Shown piece after piece: positions 45,981-57,892 of a DNA stretch of 64,000 bases. The notes beneath the pieces were generated by a model. That model was not told the DNA's origin, did no database searches, and saw only the letters and a program-made list of their open reading frames with translations. Position numbers and translations under genes: made by a program. The DNA is from an uncultured Gemmatimonadaceae bacterium (GTDB taxonomy: Bacteria; Gemmatimonadota; Gemmatimonadetes; Gemmatimonadales; Gemmatimonadaceae), in NCBI GenBank assembly GCA_963781585.1, contig CAWAGQ010000007.1:256001-320000 (forward strand). Direction: 5' to 3'. Within the stretch, counting starts at the first letter, position 1. The number at the start of each line of letters is the position of its first letter.

Positions 45981-48349
45981 ATGGCCGGAATGACCAGATC
46001 CTACTCGCGGTTCCTGCTGATCGCGTTCGTGGGAAGTTGTCTCATTCCCACCGTGACCGAGGCCGCATCGGGGCTGTACACCACGCTGGGGGCGTTCCTC
46101 GACCGGATCGGCCTCGTGCTGGCGGTGAGCCTGGCGGCGATGCTCGTCTTCCCGCGGCTGCTCCGGCGGCTGGCCCCGATCATCGACGCGAACGCCTGCG
46201 AGCAGGCGTCATTCCTCGACGCGATGCCGCTGCGCCACGTGGACCTCGCCATCGCCGCCGCCGCCGGAGTGAGCCTGCTGCTCGAGCTGGCGGTGATCCG
46301 GTGGCAAAGCTCGGTCTTTCCGTTCTTCGCCTTCTACACGAACTTCGGCCTCCTTGCCTGCTTCGCCGGCCTCGGGCTCGGCTACGCGCTGGCCTCGCGC
46401 GACCGGATTCCGCTGGCGCTCGTCATCCCGCTCCTCGGCTGGCAGTTCGCGCTGCTGATCGGCCTCCGATCCAGCCTCCTCCCCGGGCAGTCGCTGCTCC
46501 TCCGCTCGATTCCGGTCGTGGAGCAGCGCAACATGGGCACCCACATCGTACACAGCGTGGAGCAGGGATTCGCCCACTACTTCTTCCTCGGCATCGTGTT
46601 TCTGTCCACGGCGCTCACGTTCATTCCAATGGGGCCAGGTGTGCGGCCGCCTGATGTCGCGGCGTGCACACCTGCGAGCCTACGGACTGAACTTGTTAGG
46701 CAGCCTGGCCGGGGTGGTCGCGATGTTCCTGGCCAGCACGTTCTGGACGCCGCCGCCCGTGTGGTACGCCGCCGGCTTCACGGTCATTCTGCTGCTCTCG
46801 GTGTGGCGGCCGCCCACGCTGGTCATGGGACGGTGGCGGCCATGGTGGCGATGACGATCCTCGTCTGGCCGGTGCGCGACTCCTGGCAACGCATCTATCG
46901 CCGTACCAAATGCTGGAGGTGGGCTACAGCCCGAAAGGCACGATGCTGATCCGCGCCGCGGGGCAATACTACCAGCGGGTGCACGACTTCTCGGTGCCGC
47001 GCTCGGTCGATGATCCGGAGCTGCGCAAGGTCCGCGATTACTACGACCTGCCGTATCGCCTCGTCGGCACCACACCAGCCGATGTCGCGGTGGTCGGCGC
47101 GGGCGCCGGCAACGACGTGGCGGCGGCCCTGCGCGCCGGCGCAGCGCGCGTCGACGCGGTCGAGATCGATCCCGCGATTCTCCAGATCGGCGGCGCCAAC
47201 CATCCCGAGCATCCCTACGCCGATCGGCGGGTGCACGCAGTGCTCGCCGATGCGCGCTCGTTCCTGCGGACGACCGACCATCGCTACGATCTCATCGTCT
47301 ACGGACTGCTCGACTCGCACACGCTGCTGAGTCAGGCGTCGAGCGTGCGGCTCGATTCCTTCGTCTACACGGTGCAGGGGTTCCGCGAAGCCCGCGCGCG
47401 ACTGAAACCGGGCGGCCGCATCGTCCTGTCGTTCTCGATCCTGAACGACGAGCTCGGACGGAAGATGCAGGAGATGCTGCGCCAGGCGTTCGACGGTGCC
47501 GAACCGGTCGCGATCTCGGCCGGCTACGATGGAGCGGTCACGTTCATGCAGGCGAAGGAAGGGAACCTGACCCTCACCCCGCCGGCGATCGCGGGAACGG
47601 GGTTCGAGGTCACCACGCGCTTTACCGAAAGCGCCGGCGTCGATCCGTCCACCGACGACTGGCCGTTCTTCTACATGCCCCACCGCGTGTATCCCGTCTC
47701 ATACCTCGTCATGCTCGGCATGGTGTTGCTCGTCACGCTGGCGCTCAGCGCGGGCTTCATCGGCGAGCGGCCCCGCGTCAGCGAGGCGAGCTTCGCGCTC
47801 CTCGGCGCCGGATTCATGCTGGTCGAAACGAAGGCGATTACCGAACTGGGGCTGATGTTCGGCAACACGTGGCGCGTCATCGGTATCGTGATCGCCGGCA
47901 TTCTGGTGATGGCATTCCTCGCCAACGCGGCGGTGCAGTGGCTCCGCGTGCGCCGGCCGCAGGCGGCGTTCGTGATGCTGCTGGTCACGCTCGCGGCGGG
48001 CTGGTTCGTGATGGGAACCGGCGGTCTGCCGTCGACCACGGCCGGCCGGGTGGCCACGGTGGCGATGCTGACGTGCCCGATGCTCTTCTCGGGCATCGTC
48101 TTCTCGACGCTCCTGGCGGCGCGCCCGCGTGATGCGATTGCGCGTGTGATGGCGGCCAACCTCGTGGGCGCGATGTGCGGAGGGCTGCTGGAGTACAACT
48201 CCATGTACTTCGGGTTCCGATTCCTGTACCTGCTCGCGATGGCGTTCTACGCCGCCGGCTTTGTGCTCTGGCTGGCGTCCGAGCGGACGGTGCCTGTGGA
48301 CGCCGGGGTGCACCGAGAAGCGAGCGAGGTGACGGCAAGAGTGGCCTGA
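45981..48349 (+). CDS. Polytopic membrane protein with spermidine-synthase-like SAM-binding domain; frameshifted
   Basis: LLELAVIRW, VGAGAGND, VEIDP, DARSFL, STDDWPFFY, GAGFMLVET. Confidence 0.82.
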
Positions 48350-48422
48350 GACCGGGGCGCGACGGGTCGATCGTGCGGCGACGGCTCCGCCCGACCCAGG
48401 GCGCCCTCCCCTAAATTCCGGC

Positions 48423-49133
48423 ATGCCTCCTGGCGCTCCCCCCGCGCTGCTCGTCGGCCTTTCGGAATCCCACCTCTGTTCTCCCGGTGACGCCGCGCGC
48501 CTCGGCGCACCGGTCCACCGCGACGTGGTCGTCCCGTTCCGTGCCCTCCAGGATGACGCCCGGAACGCGGGGTTCGACCTCGCCATTCTGAGCGGCTTCC
48601 GCAGCTTCGAACAGCAGCTCTCGATCTGGAATCGCAAGGCCGCGGGCCAGCGTGCGGTGCTCGATTCTGACGCCCGCCCGCTCGACATCGCGACCCTGCG
48701 CGAGCGCGACGTCGTCTTCGCGATCCTCCGCTGGTCGGCCCTCCCCGGCGGGTCGCGACACCACTGGGGGACCGACATCGACGTCTACGATCGCGCCGCC
48801 ACGCCCGCCGGCTACGAGGTGGAGCTGGTCCCGCGCGAGGTGGATGCCGGGGGCATGTACGGTCCCTTGCACGAGTGGCTGGACCAGCGCATCGACGACG
48901 GCGGGTCGTACGGCTTCTTCCGCCCCTACGACCGCGATCGCCAGGGGGTCGCGCCCGAGCGCTGGCACCTGAGTTACGGCCCGATCGCCTCGGGGTGCGT
49001 GCGCCGGTTGACGACCGAGGTGTTACGCAAGACCATCCAGCCGCGATCGATGTTGCTGAAGGAGGAGGTCCTCCACGACCTCGACGAGATCTTCGAGCGA
49101 TTCGTCATCAACACGAACCCGTGGGTCGTGTGA
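48423..49133 (+). CDS. M15 (VanY-like) D,D-carboxypeptidase
   Basis: SGFRS, SRHHWGTDID (SxH-x6-D), ERWH. Confidence 0.9.
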   Translation: MPPGAPPALLVGLSESHLCSPGDAARLGAPVHRDVVVPFRALQDDARNAGFDLAILSGFRSFEQQLSIWNRKAAGQRAVLDSDARPLDIATLRERDVVFAILRWSALPGGSRHHWGTDIDVYDRAATPAGYEVELVPREVDAGGMYGPLHEWLDQRIDDGGSYGFFRPYDRDRQGVAPERWHLSYGPIASGCVRRLTTEVLRKTIQPRSMLLKEEVLHDLDEIFERFVINTNPWVV

Positions 49134-49827
49134 ACCTTCGCGCGCGATCACAGTGGGGAACGATTCCCTGGGAGCCCGATCCGTATGGGCGCTCAGTGCG
49201 GGGCGTCCCGCTCGAGGTCTGGCGTCCGCGAGCGCGGTGCCGGCTGCTCCTCTTCGCCGGCATTCATGGCGAAGAGCCGGAGACGACCTATGCGCTGTCC
49301 CGGGCGCTCCGCCAGCGCGCCGAGCCGCCGCAACACTGCGCCATCGTGCTGGCGGCCAATCCCGACGGACTCCTGCGCGGCACGCGCGGCAACGCCCGCG
49401 GCGTCGATCTCAACCGCAATTTCCCGGCACGCAGCTGGCGCCCCGATCCGGTGACCCACCGCTCGACGCTTCCGGATCCGAGCGACATCGTCCTGAGTCC
49501 CGGCGCACACGCCGGCTCCGAGCCGGAGACCCGGGCCCTGCTCGGGTTGATCGCCGAGTTGAAGCCGGATACGGTTGTCGCGCTGCACGCGCCGCTGGCG
49601 TGCATCGACGACGCCAACGTCAGTCCATTCGGGCCTGGCTGTCGCAGCGGACCGGAATGCCCCTGGTGCGCGACGTGGGATATCCCACGCCCGGATCGCT
49701 TGGCTCGTGGGGCACCGACAACGGAGTCGCCGTGATCACGTATGAGTTTCCGTTGGCCGCCACCGAGGTCCTGATGCGCGACCACGTGCCGGTCCTCGCG
49801 GATCTGATCGCCCGCACCGACGCCTGA
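49130..49827 (+). CDS. mpaA: Murein tripeptide amidase (M14 zinc carboxypeptidase); frameshift at about 49635
   Basis: HGEE, NPDG, RGNARGVDLNRNFP, SEPET, LHAPL, GYPTPGSLGSW, ITYEF. Confidence 0.85.
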
Positions 49828-49837
49828 CGAGGACTCC

Positions 49838-51069
49838 ATGGCCCTCAACTACATCTTCGTCTCGTTCTTTCTGATCGGACTGGTGGTGGGGCTGGTGCGC
49901 CTCGTCTTCTTCGGCGACACCGGGATCTTCACCAGCATGGTCAACAGCACGTTCGACACGGCGAAGAGCGGGTTCGAGATCGCGCTGGGGCTTACCGGCG
50001 CGCTGACACTGTGGCTGGGCGTGATGAAGGTGGGCGAGCGGGGCGGGGCGATCGGCGCGCTGGCGAGGGTGGCGCGCCCTTCTTCCGCCGGCTCTTCCCG
50101 GAGGTGCCGGCGGACCACGCGGCGCACGGCTCCATCATCATGAACTTCGCCGCCAACATGCTGGGCCTCGACAACGCGGCCACGCCACTCGGACTGAAGG
50201 CGATGCAGGAGCTGCAGGACCTGAATCCCGAGAAGGAGACGGCCTCCAACGCGCAGATCATGTTCCTGGTGCTCAACACCTCCGGACTCACGATCATTCC
50301 GGTGAGCATCATGGTGTATCGCGCGCAGGCGGGCGCCGCCAACCCCGCGGACGTCTTCCTCCCCATTCTGCTCGCGACGTTCTTCTCCACGATGGCCGGG
50401 CTCATCGCCGTCTCGGTCGTGCAGCGCATCAACCTGCTGGATCGCGTCGTCCTGACGTATCTCCTCGGCCTCACGGCGCTGGTCATCGCGACGATCTGGT
50501 ACTTCTCGAACCTGCCGCAGGCGCAGGTGCAGTCGATCTCGAACCTGATCGCCAACCTGACGCTCTACGGCATCATCTCGGGGTTCATCGCGCTGGCGTT
50601 GATCCGGCGGGTGAACGTCTACGAGGCCTTCATCGAGGGCGCCAAGGAGGGGTTCGGCGTTGCGATCCGGATCATCCCGTACCTGGTGGCCATTCTGGTG
50701 GGCATCGGCGTCTTTCGCGCTTCCGGCGCCCTCGACTATCTGGTCACGGGAATCGGCCACATGGTCGCCGCGATGGGTCTCGACACCAGCTTCATTCCCG
50801 CGCTGCCGACCGCCCTTATGAAGCCGTTGAGCGGGAGCGGGGCGCGTGGGCTGATGGTGGACGCGATGCACACCTACGGCGCGGATTCGTTCGTCGGCAG
50901 GCTCGCGAGCACTCTCCAGGGGGCCACCGACACCACCTTCTATATAGTTGCGCTGTACTTCGGGTCAGTGGGAGTGAAGCGGACGCGCTACGCCGTGACC
51001 TGCGGGCTGATCGCGGATGTCGCCGGGATTATCGCGGCGATTCTGGTGTCGTACATCTTCTTCAGATAG
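49838..51069 (+). CDS. SpmA/SpmB fusion (nucleoside-recognition Gate domain) membrane protein; frameshift at about 50070
   Basis: ANMLGLDNAATPLGLKAM, FIEGAKEG, MKPLSGSGA, DTTFY.VALYFGSV. Confidence 0.9.
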
Positions 51070-51210
51070 TCATCATCAGGTATCGGCCGTCGACCGCGAC
51101 CTGCTCGCGGCGTCCGTGACAGGCATCCAGATCGCCATTGGTGAGCACCGATCCGCTCGCGGCCTCCATGCCGAGGATCGGGAATCCGTCCAGCGCCCAT
51201 CCGACGGAGC
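51062..51210 (-). pseudogene. Gene remnant resembling a YHYH-domain protein
   Basis: VGWALDGFPILG...LTNGDLDACHG; no N- or C-terminal continuation. Confidence 0.6.
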
Positions 51211-51228
51211 TCGGAGGAAATCGCACGG

Positions 51229-51294
51229 CTCCGTGTTCTCTGCGCTCTTTGCGGTAAGAACCTTCAAACCACAGAGGACACGAAGGACGCAGAG
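51229..51294. repeat. REP-like imperfect inverted repeat of 9-mer units
   Basis: CTCCGTGTT-CTCTGCGCT-CTTTGCGGT ... ACCACAGAG-GACACGAAG-GACGCAGAG. Confidence 0.6.
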
Positions 51295-51465
51295 ATGCAA
51301 CGGCCGAACGCAGACGGACCCGCGAACTTCCGGCCACACACACCCGTCGGTGCTCTCCGCGTGGTCTCGCAACCCCTGAAGGCCAACCCTGGCTCCGAAC
51401 GGGCTGTCATAACAGGTGCACGCGGTGCAGATCTCAGGCCGGAAGCCGCCACCAACCGCTCCGCC

Positions 51466-53891
51466 ATGACCCTCCTCCGCCAGAACATCACGTTCGCGCT
51501 CCGCGGTCTGCGCCGCCGGCCCGGTTTCGCCGGCATCGCGATCACCACCATCGCACTGGGCATCGGGGCCGCCACCGCCATCTACAGCGTCGTCGATGGC
51601 GTCGTGTTCCGGCCGCTCGCGTTCAACGATCCCGGGCGACTCGTCGCGGTGTGGCAAACCTACCCGCAGTGGCGGCAGGAGCCGATTCTCGCCAGCATGT
51701 GGGACCGCATCCCCCTCTCCATCCCGGAGTATCGCGACTGGCGTGCGACGCAGACGGTGTTCAGTGGTGTCGCCATCTGGGCCGAGCGTCGCCGCATGAC
51801 GCTGGGCGGGGTTGATCGGCCGGAGATGGTCGCGGTGACGCGGGCCAGCGCATCGCTCCTGTCAGTGCTCGACGTGTCGCCGGCGATGGGCCGGTACTTC
51901 ACCGCGCAGGAGGATGTGCTCGGCGGTCCGCCGGTCGCGATGGTCACCTACGAGGGCTGGCTCAACCGCTATCAGCGCGACCCCAGCATCCTGGGACGCA
52001 GCGTCCGGCTCAACGACCACCCGTACACGATCGTGGGCGTCCTGCCCGAAGGGCTGACGCTCTCGCGCACGGTCTCCGCCAGCGGTGTGGCCGACTTCTG
52101 GACGCCGGTCGGGCAGGAAGCGGACGACGCCAATCAGCGGGGGAACCACAGCTACCTCGGCCTCGCGCGCCTGAAGCCCGGAGTCACGCTGCAACACGCC
52201 GCGCAGGAGACGGACCGGATCCTCCGTGGTGACGCATCACCGGACAAACGCGGCGTCCGACTCGAGGAATGGCAGAGCGATCAGACGCGCACCGTGCGCA
52301 AGCCGCTGTTCGTGCTGCTGGCCGCGGTGGGTCTGCTGCTCGTCATCGCCTGCATCAACGTCGCCGTCCTCCTCCTCGGCGAGGCCTCGGCGCGTGAGCA
52401 GGAGATTGCCGCACGGATCGCCCTCGGCGCCGGGCGAACGCGCATCATCGCTCAGCTGCTCACCGAGAGCGTGGCGCTTGCAGTGGTAGGCGCCGTGGCC
52501 GGCACGGCTCTCGCCTGGGCCGGCACCCGCGCGCTGGTGGCACTGGCCCCGCCGCGCATACCTGGGCTTGCCGACGTGGGGATGGACGTGCGCGTGCTGG
52601 GCTTCACGCTCGCTGCCGCGTTGGGAACGGGGATCCTCTTCGGGCTGGCTCCGGCGCTCGTGCTGGCCCACGCGTCGCCAAGTCAGGTGTTCCGCGGCCT
52701 GACCGGGCAGAGCGCGGGGGACGCGGCCGCCTCCAGCGCGTCCTGGTGGCAGCGGAGCTGGCGCTCTCGCTGACGCTCCTGGTCGGAGCCGCGCTGCTGT
52801 CGCGCAGCCTGAATCGGCTCACGGCGGTCGATCCGGGCTTTCGCACGGATCACCTGCTGGCCGTCCGGGTCACGCTCCCGACCACGCGGTTCGCGGATTC
52901 CACCGCGGTACGCGCGTTCTACCATCGCGCATCCGAACGCCTGAGCAGCCTCCCGGGCGTCGAAGCGGTGACGGCCATCTCGAACGTTCCCTTCAGCGGC
53001 GGGAGCAGCAGCTCTTCGATTGAGATCGAGGGACGACCGATCAGCGCTGACGAGAAACACCCGGAGGCGCAGCAGCGGACCATTCAGCCCAACTATTTCC
53101 AGGTGCTGGGCATTCCGCTGCTGGCAGGACGGTCCTTCGACGAAATGGATCGCGCGGGTGCTCCGCTGGTTGTCATCGTCAGCCGGTCGCTGGCACGGCG
53201 TGATTTTCCCAACGAGGCGCCACTCGGCAAGCGCGTGAAGTTCCAGGGCAGCTGGCGGCAGATCGTGGGCGTGGTAGCGGATACCAAGTACAGCAGCCTG
53301 TCGCAGGACGACCAGGCGACCCTCTACGCTCCGGTGGAGCAGCGTGCGTGGTCGTTCATGTCCTTTCTGGTACGCACGACGGTAGAGCCAACCACGCTCA
53401 CATCGGCCATCCGCGCCGCGCTCCATGAGGTGGAACCGGGCGCTCCGTTCGACGGAGCGGATCAAATGACCGACCTGCTCGCAAGATCCTTGGCCGAGGA
53501 GCGGTTCCGCGCCATGCTCATCGCGCTGTTCGGCGTGGTGGCCGGCGTGCTGGCGGCCGTCGGGATGTACGGCGTGACGTCGCGCGCGGTGAGCCGCCGA
53601 AGGCACGAGATGGGCATTCGGGTCGCCCTGGGCGCCACCGCCGGCAACGTGACCGGCCTGATGGTGCGCTACACCCTCAACGGCGTGGCCATCGGCATTG
53701 CCCTCGGCCTGGCAGGGGCTGTGCTCGCTTCACGCGCGCTGGCGCCGTTCCTGTTCGGGATCACCGCCACCGATGGCGCCTCGTACCTGACGAGTATCGT
53801 CGTGCTGGGAGCGGTGAGCGTGGTCGCGACCTGGCTCCCCGCACGCCAGGCGGCGCACGTCGAGCCGGCGGCGATTCTCCGCGGCGAGTAA
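51466..53891 (+). CDS. ADOP-family orphan ABC permease; frameshift at about 52730
   Basis: ALGIGAATAIYS, IACINVA, AELALSLTLLVGA, EMGIRVALGA, PARQAAHVEP. Confidence 0.9.
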
Positions 53892-54171
53892 GGCTCGCGG
53901 TCGCACGGGGCCCTGAGTTCAGGAGGGCCCTGGTTCTCCCCAGGCGGCGCGACCTGTCCGCCACTCCCATGCCGTCATCCCATCTCCGCGCCCTGGCTGG
54001 TGCACCGTCGAGCCCGCCTCCGCGTCGATGGTGACGATGTGAATCCGTGATCATTGCGGATCTTCCACCCTAACGTGTGCGCTCCGCCCTTGCGCGGCCG
54101 TGCATAACGGGTCCAAGGTGCGGCCCCGCACGACTCGGTCACCACGGGACGGCCAGGGCACCGAGAGCACC

Positions 54172-54823
54172 ATGAGCAAATTGCGGTTCCAGATCACGAT
54201 GTCCCTGGACGGCTACGTCGCGGGGCCCAATCAGGGCGTGGCAAACCCGCTTGGTGAAGGGGGCCTCCGGCTGCACGACTGGGTCTTCGCGCTGGAGAGC
54301 TGGCGCCGAGATGCACCGGGACAGTGACCGCGGCGAGACCGGGCCGAGCGACCAGGTGTTGCGCGAGTCGTTCGAGAACATCGGCGCCACGATCATGGGC
54401 CGGAACATGTTCGGCGGTGGCCCGGGCCCCTGGGCGAAGGATGCCCCGTGGCGCGGCTGGTGGGGAGAGAATCCCCCGTACCATACGCCGGTCTTCGTGC
54501 TCACCCGCTACACCCGCGAACCACTCGTTATGCAGGGTGGCACGACCTTCTTCTTCGTGACCGACGGCATCCGGTCGGCGCTCGATCAGGCGACCAGGGC
54601 GGCCGGCGGCAGGGACGTGGCGCTGGCCGGCGGAGCCAACGTGGCGCAACAGTATCTCGCCGCCGGGCTGATCGACGAGATGGAAATTCATCTCGTCCCG
54701 CTGCTCCTCGGCGCCGGCGAACGGCTCTTCGACAATCTCGCCGCCGCCGACGTGAAGCTCGAGCCGGTGCGGGCGGTGCACGCACCCGGTGTCACGCACC
54801 TCAGGTATCGGGTAGTCAGATGA
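54172..54823 (+). CDS. Dihydrofolate reductase-like (RibD C-terminal) protein; frameshift at about 54310
   Basis: MSLDGYVAGP, IMGRNMF, AGGANVAQQYL, GLIDE, LLGAGERLF. Confidence 0.9.
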
Positions 54824-55019
54824 GGGAATGCCCATGACCGGTGCCGTACGCAGACGCAGCCCCGCTCCCCTCGCTCCGATATCCAGTGTGCCGGGCGCGG
54901 AGCCTGGCACAGAGGGAGGTGTCGCTTCGCTGACGGTGCGTGTCACCGAGCCGCTGGTTGCGGCCGCAGCGTCTGCGCTTGCGGACGCCGGTTTCGAGCA
55001 CAGTGTCGCGGCCGCGATC

Positions 55020-55536
55020 TCAGCCCTTCACCAGCAGCTCCCTGACCTGCTGCTTCGTGGCGTCATCGATCACCGGCGAGTGCAGCAGCGCCCGCACGCG
55101 CGCCACCTTCGCCGCCACCTGCATCGGCTCATTGTAGCGTTGATAGATGATGCCAGCCTGGAACCAAGCGCGCAGCTCGGTGTGCGGATCCCCGAACTCG
55201 GCCGCGGCTTGTGCCAGCTCGTCGAGCGTGGACGCCGCGCGCAATTCCTCGTCGTGATAGTAGTAGCTGTTGGCGAGGTGCCAGAGCGCTTCTCTGGGAT
55301 ACTGTCCCGCCGCGCGTTGTTCGCCGATGATCTTCCGGAATTGCCACCGCGCGGCGCGAATGTGGCCGGCCGCCTCGAGGAAATCCCTCTCGCCAGTACG
55401 GCGCGGACGTGGTCCGCGTCCGGCTCGTCAGGCCGGCGCGGCGCGATCACGCCGGTTGCAAGCGCGCTGGCGGCTGGCGCGGACCCGCCGGACGCCATGG
55501 TGAATGAAGCGAGAACAGCCGGCAGGTGCTCGGCAT
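55020..55536 (-). CDS. Secreted helical hypothetical protein; frameshifted
   Basis: RBS AAGGAGG before ATG 55536; coherent helical C-terminus (ALWHLANSYY...LLHSPVID...LLVKG*). Confidence 0.6.
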
Positions 55537-55687
55537 GGGAACCTCCTTCGAGTCGTTACCGAATATCGTTTCGGGTTTCCACCCTGACCATTCGGACATC
55601 CGCGGCATAGCGATCGACGCCCGCGCGGGACCGGGTGGCGGCAGGTGATGGCGGAGTGTGCCGAACGCGCGTCACGGCGCGATCGAC

Positions 55688-55719
55688 GCGACGAAGCGCT
55701 CCGGTAACGGGACAAGCGG
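55688..55719 (-). promoter_or_regulatory. Candidate LytTR-binding direct repeat
   Basis: CCGCTTGTCCC-10 nt-CGCTTCGTCGC on the minus strand, 21-bp period, upstream of the 55536 gene. Confidence 0.5.
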
Positions 55720-55827
55720 TACCGAACCGACGCGGTCACATCCGCTGCGCTGGCGTCTGGATTCCCCGGTCCGTGTGACCGAACGCGCGTGAGACCGGCG
55801 TTGCCGCCGGACCGGACGGAGCGGGGC

Positions 55828-57719
55828 TCAGTTCCCCCGACTGGCGACCCGGGGCATATGCTTCCCGGCGTCCGGGGCGATGCGGGCCATCAGCGACCGG
55901 AAATGCGCCAGCCGGTCGGCGTGCGCCGCCGACAGGTCCGTCTGCTCCAGCGGGTCGCTCGCAAAGTCGAACAACTCTTCCTGCCCGCGATCGGACACGA
56001 TGTACTGACTGGTTCCGTCCACGATGGAGCGATATTCCCGCGCCCGAGCGGCCCTGTCGCGCTGATCCACGCGCAGGAAGGAATACACCGGCGCCGCCGC
56101 CGAATCGTCCCCGGTCCAGGTTCCCGCGAAGGACGGGCCGGGGAAGGGCGCTCCCGCTGACAGGCCAAGCAGGTCCACCGTGGTGGCGGCGAGATTCCCG
56201 GTCGACACCGGCGTGCCGACCTGGTCACCGGCGTGGCTCTCGTCAGGCAGCCGGACGATCAGCGGAACACGGATCGACGGAAGGTAGAGGCTGTGACCGT
56301 GCCAGTGGAATCCGTGCCCGCCGAACTCCTCGCCGTGGTCGCCGGCGATGACGACCATCGTGTTGCGGAGGAATCCCTCGCGCTCCAACGCATCGAGCAG
56401 GTGACCCACCTGTTCGTCCAGATACAGAATCGCCGCGTCGTAGCGATCCTTCGCGTCGGCTGTGGCGGCGCGCTGTGCCGGTTCCACGTCGACCGTGCTG
56501 TCTCCGTCCCATCGCTTCACCGGCGCCGGGCGTGGTCGCGGCATCGCTTCGATCCGCCGGATGTCCTCGTCGGGCGGCGCATACGGGTCGTGCGCGTCGT
56601 AGAAGTTCACGAATGCGAAGAACGGATGGCGGCGGTCCCGGCGCAGCCACCCCATCAGGTCGCGAATCACATCCGGCGCTACACGCCGGCCGTTCAGGAC
56701 ATGCGTCCAGAACCGCGTGTCCAGTGACGAGTGCTTTGCCGCCAGTGCCACCGCCAGACCGGGCGACGTGCTCGCGAGCGCATGGCCGAGGCTCAGTTCG
56801 TAGTCCTGGTAGTGCACGAAACCCCGCGCCAGCCCCCACTCGGAATTGCAGTAATAGAAGTTCCCGGCGATCCCTCCGGTGCGGTATCCGTGCGCGCTCA
56901 GGTATTCCGCCAGCGTGGGGAACCGCGCATCGAGCGGCTTCTCCCAGTCCGCGCTGAGCTCGTCGGGCGAGCGTCCGGTGAACATCGCGGCGTGTGACGG
57001 CAGCGTCCACGACGTGGCCGTGATCGCGTGGTCGAAGGTGATGCCGGTGCGCGCGAAGCGCTCCAGGTTCGGGGTCGTGGTTCGTGGATAGTCACCGAGA
57101 CTGGTGCTGTGCCACCGCATGGTGTCGAGGATGATCCACAACACGTTAGGCGCGCCAGAGGGAGCGGCCGGGAGGGCCGCCACTGCCCGCGCCTCGCGAA
57201 TCCGCCCGCCGATGTTGACCACCACGGTGCTGGCGATCACGGCTCCCACCAGCCACGGCGTGGTGCGACGCATGAGGCTGAACACCAGCGACGGCCGGCG
57301 CTGCGCGAGCGCCGCCATCTGTACCGCGATGCCCAGCGACAGCACGATCACCGACAGGTCGTGCAGCGCCTTCCCCCAGGTGAGCAACCCGCACGCGCTG
57401 CCGGCAACGGCCAGCACGAACACGATCATCCGGAGGGTCACCCGACGCGGAAAGCGCCGCGCCAGCACGGCCAGCAGCGCGCCCGCCGGAGGCCAAGCAG
57501 CACATACGTCACCGGCGACATCCAGACCACCTGTGGCGTGACGAGCGTCACCTGCCGAAGCGCGAACTTCTTGATGGCGTCGAGCCCGACGGCGCCGGTT
57601 CCGGTGACCAGACCGAACCAGGCGGCCATCCAGATGATGCGCCGCGCCGACAGCGGCGGGCTGGCGCGGACGCCGGCTCCTTTTCCGCTGAGTGCCTGGG
57701 CGATCGCAGCGACGCGAAT
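55828..57719 (-). CDS. Membrane-anchored sulfatase-superfamily enzyme, paralog of 15228-17033; frameshift at about 57490, start uncertain
   Basis: LDTMR, WTLPSHAAMFTG, FYDAHDPY, GDHGEEF. Confidence 0.85.
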
Positions 57720-57892
57720 CGTGGCCTCCTTTGACCTCGTATCGTCCTGCCGGAATCACGTCCGCGGAGCCGATGGCGCAACGCCGGTCCTCGGGGTGGG
57801 TTCCCCTCCGGCGACGTCCCTCCGTGGCCTGAGTAGGCGTAGCCGCGGCGGGTGGGCAAGCGGCCCTACGGACGGCCGCACCCCGGATGTCG

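Noticed and set aside
49838..51069. Evidence of sporulation from the SpmA/SpmB homologue
   Set aside because: SpmAB fusions occur in non-sporulating bacteria and no other sporulation genes are present.
54830..55010. Structured ncRNA between convergent genes (CGCAGACGC...GCGTCTGCG; TGTGCCGGGC...GCCTGGCACA)
   Set aside because: Short GC-rich stems are expected by chance; no recognisable family features.
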